Shown: positions 48,384-62,814 of the stretch, in pieces
How the letters are laid out: each line of letters begins with the position of its first letter
Numbering within the stretch: position 1 is the stretch's first letter
From: Kondoa subrosea
Taxonomy: Eukaryota
DNA length: 64,000 nucleotides
Reading direction: 5' to 3'
Assembly (NCBI GenBank): GCA_039545335.1
Contig: BCIN01000003.1
Location: 248,001 to 312,000 of the forward strand
Program-made: the position numbers and the translations under genes
Notes under the pieces: generated by a model
Database searches by the model: none
What the model was told of the DNA's origin: nothing
What the model saw: the letters and a program-made list of their open reading frames with translations, nothing else

Positions 48384-49927
48384 ATGTCATCCCTTCCAAC
48401 CAACAACTCTGATTTGATCAATCGTCGCAGCGCCAATCCTCATATAGCCCAGCCGAACAACCGTAACAGCACCTCTTCTTCATCTCATACTCCTCTAGCG
48501 TCTGAACATCATGTCGCTGGTGCGCTTGGCTTGTCGCTCATATTTATGGGCGCGACCTTGGGAGCCGCATTGGCGCTTCAAGAAGCGAGACAGTCTTCAC
48601 CGTCACCTCCGCCTCAAGATGGACATAGCGCCGAATGGACCAAGCATTTTGATGCAGAAATAGCAGCATTGAGCCTCTCTCCTAGTTCTAGACCCGGTAG
48701 CCCTGTTCGTGGCACTGAATCTCAAAGCCCAATTCATTCTGCGCGAGATGCCATTCCAATGACATCTCATCTGTCCACTACTCAGTCTCGTCGGACTACG
48801 CCAGTGTCGTCATCACGATCTGGCAGTCCTGCAGCGCCGCTGCAGCTTGGTAGCCCTAGAATCCATCCGACTTCGGCTGGACAAGCACCAGGCCCTCCGA
48901 GTGCTGTCCGAGTACCGCCTATTACCATTCCTGTCTCCTCCTCTCATCGAAGTGATGCTGTCTTATCATCCCCAAGTCCAGTTGAACAGCACCAAAACCA
49001 TAACCTGTCGGCAAATCATGCTCCAGCCCAATCACCACTTCTGGCTCCTGCCCATGGCGTATCGTCAGCTCCTATTCCTCATTCATATGAATACCCAAAT
49101 CAAGAGCTCGCATATTTAGCACAGGCTGAGAATGCTCCAGCTGTTAATGCACTCTCTTTGTCTAGTAAGTTTCCATCGTTCAACCCAGATGGGGCTGATA
49201 CTTCAGATGCACAGACGTTTCGACAGCGGAGTCAGCCAACATACGTCCACAATTTCAGCGGTTATTTAGGCTATTACACTACTACGAATCTAGATCCTAT
49301 GTTCTGCCTTCTCACGAGGAGCTACAATTTCTTTGGCGCTCCGTCCCTTCTGCTTGACGTTGTTAAGTCATCGCAGAAATCATCGTCGCGATTTGGGAAG
49401 CCGTGCCACACAAGTTAGACTGGCCTCGTGAACACCGCCCCGTAATCGACAAATTTCTAGACCAAGATTTACCAAAATTAGATCTATATAGTCAAGAAAT
49501 GCAAGACTACTTGAAACGCAAAGCTTATGCAAAATATATCATGACGAAGAAAGACATTACCAACTTTTCACAAGACCATCGGGGCGCTGATCTGCCTCTA
49601 GATGCCGACCAGTTTAAGCAGAGACTCCTGCTCCAATTCAGTTCTATGTCCTTCCACGTTAAGAGTCGTGACATGCACCGAACCTTGCATGAAGTAGGTT
49701 TCGCTTACTGGACGAGTGGTCAAGCAGATGTCGATTCTGCGCAACTATCGGCTGCCAGAAACAGAGGTGAAACAGCGCTGCAGCCCATGGCTCCGACGAG
49801 AGGACCACAACATCCATGGTTGCCAGAGGCTTCTCCTTATCTCAAAGCTTACATTCGCATCATGGAATTGGTAAACCCAGGATCAGTCGAGCGAGCCTTG
49901 CAGAGGCCCAACAGAGTTCGAGTATAG
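48384..49927 (+). CDS. Hypothetical protein: hydrophobic segment, S/P-rich region, helical C-terminal domain
   Basis: Long open frames joined by plausible introns; no motif recognised; start codon and exon structure uncertain. Confidence 0.6.
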
Positions 49928-50233
49928 AATCGAATATATCCTTGCATTCATGCATCTCTCTTTCATTGTATAGTCCATGCCCATATTATATTTCATTGCC
50001 TCATCATCATTTGGATTGTCGACATTCATGAACTGTACTCAATATCCTATCCGAGGCTCGCCAGACTCAGCCAGCGCTCATCGTGCTTTGGTTTACACAG
50101 CGCACAGCACCCTACGACGATATCTTCACTTTCGCCCCCTTCACCACCCAGATAACTCCACTAATTTCTCGCTCTTGTCCCAGACCACGAAATTTCTTCA
50201 AGCCTGCTCCTCTGTCATACTAATCCATACAAT

Positions 50234-50951
50234 ATGATTGCCCGTACACTCATCGCAAGCACTTCCAAAACTCTGTTCAGCGCCGCAGCCAGACCTCAAG
50301 CAGTGCCGTCACTTCTTCAAGCTGGTTCAAGGCTATATCATGCGAAGGTCGTTGGTGAGGTCTCTCGCGCGCCGTGTATGAGACTGCCAACTCATACTTG
50401 GATTTTCAGATCATTACGAAAACCCTCGGCAAGTTTTTGTGCTCTCTGACGAAGTCTTATAGCTTATTCTGTAATTCATAGAAACGTTGGTAGTCTCAAC
50501 AAGAACGATCTAGATGTCGGAACTGGTCTAGTTGGAGCACCAGCATGCGGCGATGTCATGAAATTACAAATCAAAGTAGATGACAAGGGAGTTATCAGTG
50601 ATGTTCGGTTCAAGACGTTCGGTTGTGGTTCTGCTATTGCTTCTTCAAGTTATATGACGGAAAGGGTTAAAGGAATGACTTTGGCTGAAGCGGGTAAAAT
50701 TCGCAACACTGAAATCGCTAAGGAACTTTCTTTACCGCCTGTCAAGCTTCATTGCTCTAGTAGGTCATGACAAGCGTGTAGAAATTATGTGTGCTGATAA
50801 TATTTTGGCGGCAGTGTTGGCTGAAGATGCTATCAAGGCTGCAATTCGTGATTTCCAATCCAAGAGGGAGAAGGGTTTCAAAGGCGCAGGCAGCATTGAC
50901 GTATCTCAAAGTGTCACCACCGGCAAGACTGAAGCCACTGTCAACATCTGA
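50234..50951 (+). CDS. ISU1: Mitochondrial Fe-S cluster scaffold Isu1/IscU
   Basis: [64 protein letters not shown]. Confidence 0.97.
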
Positions 50952-51022
50952 TTTATGTGTTATCGACCTTTTGTATATAGCTATTACGAGCATTCGGAAA
51001 ATGTAAACATCATGATCTTATT

Positions 51023-54000
51023 TCATTCATTGGTTGTACTAGATCTGGACTTTAATCTGTCCGTATCAAGAGTACTCATCAAAGCAGAAAGTGATTCTTG
51101 TTGAATATGCTTGAGCAGATCAAGCAGTTCCTCATTGTCTAGAGTAGATCCCTCTAGCAATTGTTCCAGAGTGACTTTAAGCTGCACAATAACGATCGCA
51201 ACATGAGCTTTAATCGGGCTAATAGCGAGATCGCGCACTTTCAGCATCTCAGACCTTCGAGCATACAGCTTGCTAGTCTTGCTCTCTTTCCGCTTGTTCT
51301 CTTCCATCTCATCTAGTTGCATTAGAATCTCACTAGCTCTTTGGACCATGCTGGCGGGTAAAGCGGCACTTCGACTCAATTCCAGCCCATAATCTTCAGC
51401 AGGATTTGATTAGCCCGACGTATTGCGAGTATGGTAATAGAAGACGCACGAACAAGATTGGTCACTCCATCTTGAACGCAATGATTAAAGACTAGTCGCA
51501 TCCCGCTTCGTTCAAAGTCAACCTGTAGTGCAACTTCTGAAGCGCATTGCCTATCGAGGAGCGAAAAGGACCTACCTCGGTGTGCAATTGCAAGGTTGTG
51601 ACATTAGCAAAGGAAGCCAAACTCCTCGTGAGTTCCTGTAAGTTATTCTGCACGGTCAACTGATGTCAGTACGCAGCAGTACGCACTCACCCTGAAATGC
51701 GTAGCAAATAAGCAAGTCGTTCTCGATCTGATGATTTCTTCAGAAATGGCATGGCAGAGGCCAAAGCCCTCAAGCGGACTTGTCGCTCGTCCAAGCTCAT
51801 CTACAATAACAAAAGGTTTCTTGAACAGTTTGATAGATGTCAAGATAGAAGCCATAGTTCTCTGTATTCTCCTTCAATTTCACCATAGCCAATGGCGATG
51901 GGAAGAAAGGGCATACCATTTCTAATGCAAAATGAGACAGATTCTGATCGATCGCATCATCGTTGGAAAGTCTCGATAGCAAGCAGTCAAAGATAGGACA
52001 AGACATGTAATCTGCTGGAACAAAGCTGCCAATTTGAGACATGACAACCAAAAGAGCGACTTGTCTGATGTATGTAGATTTTCCGCTGAGAGAAAACATT
52101 TGCCAACAAATCAGCTCAGGACAAATTGACCGATTGCCTCTTCACACCTGCAATTTGCGCCAGTAATGATCTGGAAAGAAGTAGCTTTATCAACGAAAGT
52201 GTCATTAGGCTGAAAAGATTCATTCTGCTGAAATCGCTCGCACAAAGGATGTCGACCGGCTTTGATCGCTAGAGCACTGGGTGAGAACTCGGGTCGGACA
52301 TAGTTTTGGGTGGTAGCGATTTTGGCCAAAGAAGACAGGAAGTCAAGCATAGAAATCGCTTCATTGATGCGATAGAGAGCAGCAATATCGCACACGATGT
52401 CGGCCATCAATTCGTCAATGATTTCATCTGACAGCATGAAGATCTCTTCTAGTACTTGTGACTGTTCGGAAAAATTTAGTTTGAGCAATTCGCGACGCAA
52501 AATGGGAAAGACCAACAATCTTCTCGTTTCGCTTGCTGAGATCAAGAGAGCTGCACTGTACCTTCTTGGCTTTCTTAACAATACCAATAAAGCTTTTAGG
52601 CGGATGTTTCTCTTCCCATTCTGTGCGATCGACAGAAAAGACAAAGCCGTGAGTGCCGGTATAGACAGTCGTTAAAGAAGGGTATTCGTGCTCAGCAGCC
52701 AATTGCTTGGTCATCTCTATAAGTCCCGAGCCTTGTAAGCTATATACTAGCTGCGACAAAGCTTTGGTCTCACCAACAAGGTCCAACATGGCTTCTTGAT
52801 AAGCAGCTCTAGCAACTTCAAGCATTCGCTTGCTCGAAGCCTTGATAGCATAGGCTCTGGCATTCCTAGCAGCTAGAGGTCCTTTGGCTAGATTGCCTTG
52901 AGCAGCATCATCGATTGTTTCGTCAATCTTGTATGCCATCGCTTCCGGTCGTTCATCATCAAAGGCTTTAGCCACAGTAGCAAGCAGAGTCGAAGTCGCT
53001 CCGTTCAGGGCAGCACGTAACGCAGGCAAAGCTTTGACTACAGTGCGTAATTGTAGCATCAAGTTGATTTTGCGTTCACTTTCTTTAGCTGGATCTCCAG
53101 ATTGCGATTTGGCGTGAGGTCGAGCCATGACGACTGAGCCGACTAATTTGTCACAATCCATTGAAGCTAGAGGGGCCAGAGCTCTTCTAATAGCATGGTA
53201 GCGCTCCTCGTTATCGATCTATATTATACTGAGCCAGCCATATAACGAAATATGGTGGCTTACTAGCTCGCTGACTGTGTCTAAGCGGTTCTCTATAGTA
53301 GCAGTATCGACAGAAGGGCTTAAAATGGAGTTTCGAAGTAATCTGGTAGCCATTTTAGTGGTGCAATGATTGAGCAAACCAAAAAGAGATTGTTTGGATC
53401 GCGGGTCAAGAATCTGTGGAAACCCATCCTTGATCACTTTCTTGATTGACAGATAAGGGACGAATGGACGCACGTTTTGAACCAATTCCAGGTTAGTGAC
53501 TGTTTCTTGATCAATAAGCATGGTACCTGTTTTGCACTTGAGCATTTGCGATAAATTGGAAGTAAAAACTCACCATCAAGAGCAATAAAGCGGATCCGAG
53601 CAGAAGCGACGGGAAAAGCAGTGTGTAGTTTCAGCTCCATATACTTGAACAGAGCAGAACAAGCAGCCAAGGCCCAGTGTCTATCTCGTATTGGCAAGAC
53701 TCGAAATTTCGAAACGACACACTCACTTGCTCTTGACCGCAGTTAAAGTAGGAGTACGTTCTTCATCGTTAATGATCAATTGGGAAACGAAATCTAATCC
53801 ATCATCCGCATTCCAGTATTTACGATGGATGCCAACCTGATCTACGTCTTCGAAGGCCTCTTCAAGACAATTGACTAAGATCGCATCGCTGTTATTGTTT
53901 CCTTCATTGAGCATATCAGAAGAAGCTACTGAAGCGGCAATTCGAGGCTTGTCGGCTAGTGCAGTAGAAGGTACGATGATAGTAGCTGGGTAGCGTTGAT

Positions 54001-54445
54001 TCAAGGCGTGTACTGTTGGCTGATATAAGCTGTTGAAGTATAGATCAGCGAAATATGACAAACCAGTTTTGACATAAGTCTGAGAGTCGTTGATCTGCAT
54101 CTGCATATACACTCTGTATAAGCAAGTGCAAGATCTTTCAGAAAGGAAACAGACTAGAACGACATTTGCAGTGTTTCGCTCGCAAGCAGCAATCTGCTCA
54201 TAAGCAAATGAACACTATGAAGATTTCTGACGAAAAGACCGAACTCCGACATCTCTATTCTTTCTGCCTTCAAGCACAGAGACAATCCAACGTTCTTCTT
54301 CGGGCACAACAGCAGTTCGAGGAGGTTTGACTGAAGATGCTCTGGACAAAGCTTTGGCACGCGTCGTAGCTCTCGTAGGGGGTCTGGAAGAAGGTTCTGC
54401 AGAGTCTGCTACAGAAGAAGCGTTGTACTGAAAGATCGACGACAT
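51023..54445 (-). CDS. MSH4: Meiotic MutS homologue Msh4
   Basis: QINDSQTYVKT, MLIDQETVTNLELVQN, TKMATRLLRNSIL, IKAGRHP, IITGAN/SGKSTYIRQ, SHFALEM, IVDELGRATS, LFATHF. No mismatch-recognition domain I. Confidence 0.88.
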
Positions 54446-55551
54446 TTGTTTGTCGCTGCTCGCGGTCAACAATCTGCGGAGGGATAAAAGTGAATGGGAA
54501 GCTGAGCAGACGTGTCGCGACAGTGACTTTCCTTGCTGCCGTAGCAAATACATCTGTCCACACTGTCGGTCACTCGGAGGGATGCAATAAAGTAAAGTAC
54601 AGTCAGCGGTACTCTACTGACACTGTATATCCGTAACCATTCATTTCTAGCAATTATGAAGGAGAGCGCCATAGGACACTCAAACGGCCAAGCTCGTAAT
54701 TGGCGTCGTTAGGGAACAACCTCCGACTCCAATTCCACCGAAGAAGCAATCTGAACCCAATCGTTGTGTTTCGCACTGATTACAGCTGAAGGATAGCTCT
54801 ATTCGCCCGTTACTGCCCACTGGGTCGTTCTGTGATGGTCGTGCAAGCAATTCTATTGTCTTTCCATCATGTCGAGAAGATACTTTCTTGCTGACACAAA
54901 TTTGCTTATGTGATACTCTGCGTTGGGTTTACTGTCCTTCTTCCATCGAATTCTTTGCTTCGCTACATCAATGGGTCTTTTCAGGCCGTTCTTTATGGCA
55001 AGGTATCCCTTCGAGACGATTTCCAGGGCGAACTACGCCTTGCTGTTACTAGTTTTTCGGCGCCTACATTGCACAAATTTTCATCGGACGTCTATCAAAA
55101 CAACTGAAGCATGCTGTGGCGCTCAAATCAGGGCGGTCTCGTCAATGTAGCTCGATTCGATGAAGATATGGCTCTTAAACTTTATCAATGCAACAACCTC
55201 GATTTGCTATATATATCCACACCCTCATGATACTGTTAGTGTGAGGCAGTGGCATTCCGTCTGGGCCTACAACAGCGCTTACTTCGGCTAAGACTATGCT
55301 GTCGAATATTTATATCACCCCTTACATCAATTCTGCCGAGAAAGTGCACAAAGAATCGACTAGAATTTGCGATTGCTCGCTCTGGACGCGTACCGATAGA
55401 TCTGGATCCAGAACCAGCTGCTCGCCCACCGATCTCAGCCCTAATCCTCACATGTGTCGCAGACTACTTTGAAAGTTTACCCTACACAATAATGAAAGCT
55501 TCTAGGGCTTCTTCTTGCCACTTGGAAATATTTGCCTCTATCGCCGCAACG

Positions 55552-56755
55552 ATGTCTCGTCGAAGTGTGTAGGCATGAATGAAAGTGTTGTGTTGATCTG
55601 ACTACCTGCATTCACAGACTCAACGTCATTTGTAAGCCAGCAAACGAGCTTAAATCTCTCTAATCATGCTTCAGGCGTGTACACACTGCAAGGCGCAAAA
55701 GAAGAGATGCTCTGACTACAAGCCTTGTGCGTATTATCAATCTTCAACCTCATTTTGGCTGACATGTCTCGCAGGCCAAAGATGCAGAGAACGAGGTCTG
55801 GATTGTGTGCTTGCATCGCCCCGTAGAGGTGCCAGAAGTCCGCCTGTCAGTCGAGGTGTAGCAAGAAACAACGACTTAACACTAACACCTGTGAAATAGG
55901 CTTCGCCTGCAACGCAGATCTCCTTCCCTAATGAGCGGCCTCTCAGCCCGAATGACGTGGCCTTTCCATCCTATCAAACTCCTCCTCCTTCATCCCGGAC
56001 TTCTCAGCAGCAAAGCCCTTCTCCGGCTGGCAGTTCGCACAGCAGAGATATGCCTTATGCGCCTTCGGATGCATCTTATGTATGGCAAACCGGTTATTCA
56101 AGTCAAATACCTAGCTATTCAGATTCCAGCTCTGGCCATCAGCCTACCCAAGGCTATCCGACGCAGTCATACTCGGCACTGAGCCAGAACTCCTGCTTTC
56201 CGCCAAGTACTACTTATCAAGAATGGCCTGAAGATTCTTTCGGCCTGCTTTCCCCGCCTCTTACTGATGCTACGACCAATTCCGGCGATTCTTGTCTTAC
56301 TCCAGACCCGACTATGGCTCCTCTTTCCCCTTACTTTTCTCCAGCTGTTTATTCGCCGCCACTTCATCAACAGTACTCTGCGCCTACATATGGTTCTGAA
56401 CCTGTCTATGCACCTAGAGACTATGCAAGCTCGAATGAGTATGGAAGAGAAGGAGATTATGTCAAGCAATTGAGTAGGCAGGATTACGCGCCTGAGCTCG
56501 AGCGATGGGTCGGGCAACAGGATCAATCGGCTGGGCCCAGTCGCATTGATTCGTGAGCTGGCAATGTCTTCCTGGAACCTTCATCAGCTAATGCAGAGTA
56601 GCTATGATCCTGCTCAAAACCAGCAGTACACCTCAGATACAGAATCTCGATTTCAACATCAGCAATACCAACCAGCTCAGTATCCTAATCATTATTATCA
56701 ACAAAGACACCAACAGCAGTCGTACTATTATCGTTCTGATCCAACTTACCAGTAG
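55552..56755 (+). CDS. Zn(II)2Cys6 binuclear-cluster transcription factor
   Basis: Spliced MSRRSV/LN/ACTHCKAQKKRCSDYKPC/QRCRERGLDC, then a S/P/Y/Q-rich tail. Confidence 0.82.
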
Positions 56756-57032
56756 ATTCAGAGTTGAGCGAAATTCGGGCGTCGTTTGTTGCATGATATC
56801 CACCTTTCACCAACTTGAATGATGTTCTTCTCCATGAGACTACCTCTTTGGCTTGTATAATTAGCACTTGGGTCATGCTCTATACCTTCAAAATGTGTAA
56901 TGTAGTCATGCTTCATTCCGTGGTCAGGCTATGTCATTACATAAACAATTACTAAGGGATATAAATGCTTAGAGCTCAAACGCAAGTATGATTACCGAAC
57001 TGATACATAGAAGAAAGTCCGTGTTCCGCAAG

Positions 57033-58729
57033 TTATTGCAGTTCTTTTGGCCACAGCTAAGCACCAAATTAGTATAGAGCGTCAAGATAGAAAGGACATT
57101 CAACTTACCCAACGAGGTTGCCATATTCCGCCCGAAGTGAATCGGGGATTCAGCTCGTAAGCTAAGCCTGAATCTCCATCTGGTGTTGATATCGGTACTG
57201 CCCCATGCCTTTCAACTAAATGCTCAAGTCATAAGATAAAGTCTAACTCACGAAACCAGGCCAGCTTTCTTCGACCGAAGACCATCTTTACGTTGTTCTG
57301 CCAACTACCCAGCCACCAAGGATTCCCTTCTTGTTTCAATCTACCCCATTCTTGGTTCCATCGTTTCTTCGTTTTGCTGTGAGCTGGGAAATTGAATGTC
57401 CCATGAGCTTTTGCTAGAACAGCTCGTTCTTCATCTTTCGTTCTCGTAATTCCAATATCTGCATTTTCAATCAGCCTCGACTCGATTAGATGTAAAGTAA
57501 ATGTTACCTTCTATTGTGGTTGTGTTATTCAAGAGGTAGATGATATGGGAAGCCAACATGCCATTGACGAACAAGCCAAAGAATCCAGCAATGCCAAGTA
57601 AAACCAGATGTTGCGGATCCAAAGAGTTGTCAGTATTATATGGAGGACGAGTAGGTGGAGCGACAGTCAAGAGAGTACAGAGAAAGAGGTAATCAATCCA
57701 AATACCGCACCAGAATAGGAAGAGGAGGAAATATCGATAATTTAGTGCACTGCTTTCTCATTAGTCGAGATCTTTTGAGCATAACGGATGACTCACCCGA
57801 CACACGATCCGACCCATGGACAGTGCTAAGGTCGACAGTTATATGAGATATAGTACATCATGCAGTACGTGATCTGCTCACGTGACTATTGACAATATCA
57901 GCTGTGTGAACTTCATCAATCTACTTTCAGACACTCACTCCATTTTAAGCACGCATGTACCACAATGTCTGCAATGATGAGCCCGATAAGGCTTGATAAG
58001 TTCACATCTTGTGCACCAGCGATAATAAGGCAGCAAAACCGGTACAGGTGAAGGTTTCCTTTGCGGCAGATCCCAAGGAGCGGTTTCCGATTTAGAAGAA
58101 TTCATAGCTACAGAAGAACCGTTCTGACGTGTTGACGGAGCAGAAGCTTGAGAGGAAGTGCCATTCTCGAGGTTGACAGCTGTTTTGGCGACTATTGGGT
58201 TGATCGCGGCTAAAACATTGTTGTTTTCGATGGCTTGATCTTCTTGCTGTCTATTTTGCTCCATCATAGCTGTGGTAGGAGGAGCACCAACCATATTTGA
58301 AGCGCTTTGTAATTCTGCATCATCTGGAGGTTCAGGAGAGGGAGTCTTCTTCACGTAATCTTTCACGAATCCAGGACCAGTGGTAATGAGAGTACCGTAC
58401 GACCAGGCCATCAAGATGAAAAGAATAGAAAAGAAGACTAGGAAAGCAATGCCCTGCGCTTGGCTCCCTCTGGCTGTATCGCTTTTCCTAACCATTGGAG
58501 CACAGACTCGCGCTGCCGTAATACTTCAGTTGATGAGTTCTGCGATGTAAAAGAGCATACCGAGAAAATCATAGGTAGAATAGGTCATGAATGCTATAGC
58601 AATGAATGTAGCCATCTTCAATGTCAACCATGGATCTGGTCTTGCCATTCTCGCTCGACGCTTGTTTTCCTGCTCTTCTCTCCATCTCGCAAATGCACCT
58701 GGCTTCTTGCCTTCATGCTCTGCTGCCAT
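57033..58729 (-). CDS. DHHC palmitoyltransferase
   Basis: WCTRCELIKPYRAHHCRHCGTCVLKM/D/H/HCPWVGSCVG; TM helices; NTTTIE; C-terminal NPRF. Confidence 0.92.
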
Positions 58730-58887
58730 TGCTGCCCGAATATCACTGATCGGTCATTATTGTTTCGAGACAAGAACCATCACTTGGGTTCAGCACGAAC
58801 GGTCTACATATACCTTGCCGCAATCCGATACCCACATCGGGGGATCTGCAAATGATACCCTTGCCTTGATCTCAGTGCATTGAAGTT

Positions 58888-61800
58888 ATGCAATCCACTC
58901 GTGTAAGACTCGATACATGCATTGTCTATAGGATTATGCTCATGAGCCAATTCAATCTCTGCCGCTATGTAGCGAATACTGTGGGATCCACATGAGGGCT
59001 CTTCTAAGTTTGCTGTCGCGAGTTCGAATGATCTTCGTCTGCTGGAATGGCATCCACAAACTGCGAACAACAATAAAGCCTACTTCCGCACATTAGCTGT
59101 TTGCGCAGACCTGCCTAGCATTCGTACTTTCGCTTGGTCAGCTCATCAAAATGTTAATGATCTGGTCGCTGTTGGTCTGGCAACTGGACGAACTCTGCTG
59201 CTAAGATTAAACGAAAGCAATCAAATCCCTCTACAGCAGAACTCTTCTTCCGTTACTTCTATCTCACTCAACGTTCGTCATGCTCGACCATGTACAGCTT
59301 TAGCTTTCGCACCTGGAAACCTTTTAGCAGTTGGACTGGAGAAAGCAAGAGATCATGGTCTTTTGATTTACGATATTGAGTCCTCAGCTCGACAATTTAA
59401 CAGACCTCCAACGGATTCAACACCTTTCTCACCTTCTTCTAGCGCAAGTTCTAGACCTACTTTCTCGCGAATGCAAAGCACCCCTTCTTCTCCTGCACCC
59501 GAAGTTCGACCTTTGATGCAATTCGGATCAAGCGAAAGCGTTAGTTCCGCTGTATTCTTGCATTCTCAAACACAGTGAGCGATTAAGGGTGGCCGGACAT
59601 TTCGAGTCAATTTTGACGCCTGTTTAATCAACCCACAGCTCGCCTCCGCTCGTCGCTGGTATGGGAGCCGGTAAATGGATCAGAATGTATGATTTGCGAT
59701 CGAGGAATTCTACTTCAAGCAACGCGACCATGATGTGGGCTACTCGATCTGTTCTTGGGATCTCAGCGGATCCTTTCGATGGCGTGAGTTTGCAATCCTA
59801 CTTTCAGATTAGCAGTGATACTGATGAAGCACCAAGCATCGATTCGCTTCTTTTGGTGACGATGGGTTGGTTAGACTTTGGGATACTAGAAAAGCCAATG
59901 AACCAGTATTGACCTTCTCGTACGGACAGAAAACTCAACACAGAGATCGAGGACTGACCGTATTACAGGGAAGCCGATTCTGGAGACATTCGATCGGATC
60001 GTCGTCCAGCTCAACTCTTGAGCATACAGTTCAGTCCAACGAGCCGAGGATTATTGGCTTCAACTGAAGCTAGTACTATGCCTTGTCGCCTGTGGCACAT
60101 TACTTCTGGCGAAGCTGTCACTTCTCAAAGTGATGCAATGACGGAAACACCTCTTCTGCTATCTCAAAGACGTGGCAAACCGTTTACGAAAGCACCTAAT
60201 TCCGTTGTCTTTGCTTCAGCAGAAGGCATACATTCGCAAACACTAGCATCAGTTTCGAAAGAAGGTCAAATCGAGTTTGTCAGTGTGCCAGATCCAGCTC
60301 GAGTTGCCTTTTCTTTCAACAGCGATTTGGCGACTATTGCTCAACCTCATCTACCACCTCGTATTGTTTCTCAAAATACTCCATCCAGTCTTTATACAGC
60401 CGAAGATCAGAAAGACACACCTCTTCAGAGCTATACCTTCCCGAAAGCACCTCGGGTTAGAACAAACAGCGCTCGATCTTTCGGTAGCAAGCATGCAGAT
60501 ACTTCAGGCGATGAACAGTCATCCAAACCTACTTCATCCATTTCTTCTACTTTGGAGTACGATCAAAGTACTATCATCAAAGAAAGAGTCGCGCAAGGCT
60601 ATGGCGTAGACGCGTCGATGAATATATCGCTTTGCACGACAGATGGATTACAGAGATTTTGGACTTGGATAGCACATGCTGAATATGTGGCATCAGCAAT
60701 TGGGAAAACATTCACTGAAAAATACGATTTCGCTTTCGTTGGAGTTGAAGGAATCTTGAAAGGCTTACCTACTATAGTTTCTAAGAAAGCGAAAGAAGAT
60801 GGAGAGAAATTTACAGAGAGGGAAGAAAGAGAATTCAATAATGTTGTGGATCGAATCAATCGGATTCATGAATCATCTTCTACAATCAGTCCGAATATTT
60901 CGAAGTATACTGGTCGCAGGAAGCTAGCTCTATCATTATGTGGCTATGACTTCATGTGTGAGTTCGATGTCTGGTGCTGTTCAAGTTGATGCTGATACCG
61001 GAGGATTGTAGCTGGTGATACAGAACAGCTTGTGCATCGGTATGTCTGTCATTAGTTATTAATACAACTGAGCTGACCTCCCTCTTCCAGACTAGAAACA
61101 GAAGGTCAAGTGACAAGAGCTGCCGCTTATGCCATGTTTGCTGGGAATACATCTCAAGCTATTTCAGCTCTGCGCAATTCAAACGATGACAGACTCAGAC
61201 TACTCGCACCTACTCTTGCTTCTTATATGGCACAGAAGAATGGAAGTACCTATTCGCCAGCGGACACGAGCATGTTCAAGGAGCTATGTAAGCAAAGCTC
61301 TGTTATTTGATCATATGTGAATCTTATACTTGTGTAGGTGGCAACTTGAGCACTGAGCTTGAGGATGCTTACCTACGAGCGATCTTCGCCTATTTATCCA
61401 GCTCGACCTGGCAAGATGTGCTAGAAGAGGAAGCTATGGCATTGGTCGACCGATTAAGCGTTGCTCTTCGATTCTTGAAGGATGATGAAGTATGCCATGA
61501 TAATGACGAGCAAGTCTGCCGCTGACTGAAGCTGTACAGCTGAACCGCTATATCACTACTCTGTCGGATCAAGCTGTTACTTCTGGTGATCTGGAAGGTC
61601 TGGTACTAACCGGACTCACTTCCAGAGGATTCAGTCTCATCCAGAATTGTGAGATGCCTCCTTTCCAATGAGTTGTACTGTGCTAATATCGGGGTAAGAT
61701 CTGGATCGAAGTGGCGATGTACAGACTGCAGCTCTGGCAGCCTCTATAGTACATCCAGCTCGAGTATTAGGTGAGCGCGTCTACTATGAGCATCGTGGGA

Positions 61801-62543
61801 TGATGTTTACCATAGCTTACACATTACAGATCCTCGAGCGGAAAGGTGGATTTTAGCTTACCGCAAACTTCTCGATCAGTGGAGTGGGTCTTACTTCGTG
61901 TTCAGTACTGACCGAAACTGATCAGTATGATAGAGCTGTATCCCGCCAGGGCGAAATTCGATATCGCTCGAGGTGCTCGAATGCGCCAAACTCAAGCAAC
62001 GCTCAAAATGGCCGGGAAATCGGACAGCGCTGCTTTCGTGTTTCATCCCGCTCGACAATTCGTTCGGTGCAATTGTAAGCAAATCCTCATTCTTTGTCCC
62101 AAGAAGTCAAAAAAAGCTGAAAGTGGAGTTTGCATGACTTATAGTCTGTAATCTTACTGTATCATCTACTACTTCCGCCTTAAACAAGACGAAACGAAGA
62201 GGAAAAGCTACTACCTGTCCAAGTTGCTCTAAAGGTTTCCCCCGGTGCAGGTTCGCGATTTTCCCCATTTCTCGCTCGAACAGAACACGGAAAGCTGACC
62301 TTGATTTCAGCATTTGTTTGGATAACATGGCTATACCGGAATTGGATTCTGAAATTAGACCTGTTGCTTGGACTTGGTGCTCTGTTTGCCGTCATGGAGG
62401 GCATAGCGATCACTTACAAGATTGGTTCGCGAGCGGTCAAAAGCATTGGTTGGTCTTATTCTTCTCTTCTCGCGATTGGAGTCAAAGCTTATCGCTGCGA
62501 GAATAGTCCTGTACCGAGTTGCTCTTGTACCTGCGATGGATGA
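58888..62543 (+). CDS. SEA4: SEACAT/GATOR2 subunit Sea4/MIOS
   Basis: N-terminal WD40 (VAVGLATGR, AVGLEKARD, VRLWD), YLRAIFAYLS, DRLSVALRFL, GDLEGLVLTGL, YLDRSGDVQTA, C-terminal Zn/RING WCSVCRHGGHSDHLQDWF..CSCTC. Confidence 0.9.
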
Positions 62544-62814
62544 ATGAATGAGTGCGGACATATCGGCTCAACGTGACTTCTGGTGGAAAGGGCTCGGAAC
62601 GATAATGTGAGTCGCTAGGATTGTATTGTAGTGTGTATGAAGCAGAGTCAGCGACTTTGAGGGTCAATCGATTCTTCCGGTGACTTGCTGATTTAGCAGG
62701 ATCCAGTCTTGGTCAGCAACCACCTATTTCTCACTTCATATTTGTTATCATAGCAGCTGCCTCAGTCGGATCTCCTCAAGTACACGGTCCTGAGCCTCAG
62801 CAAGCAAGAGCAGC

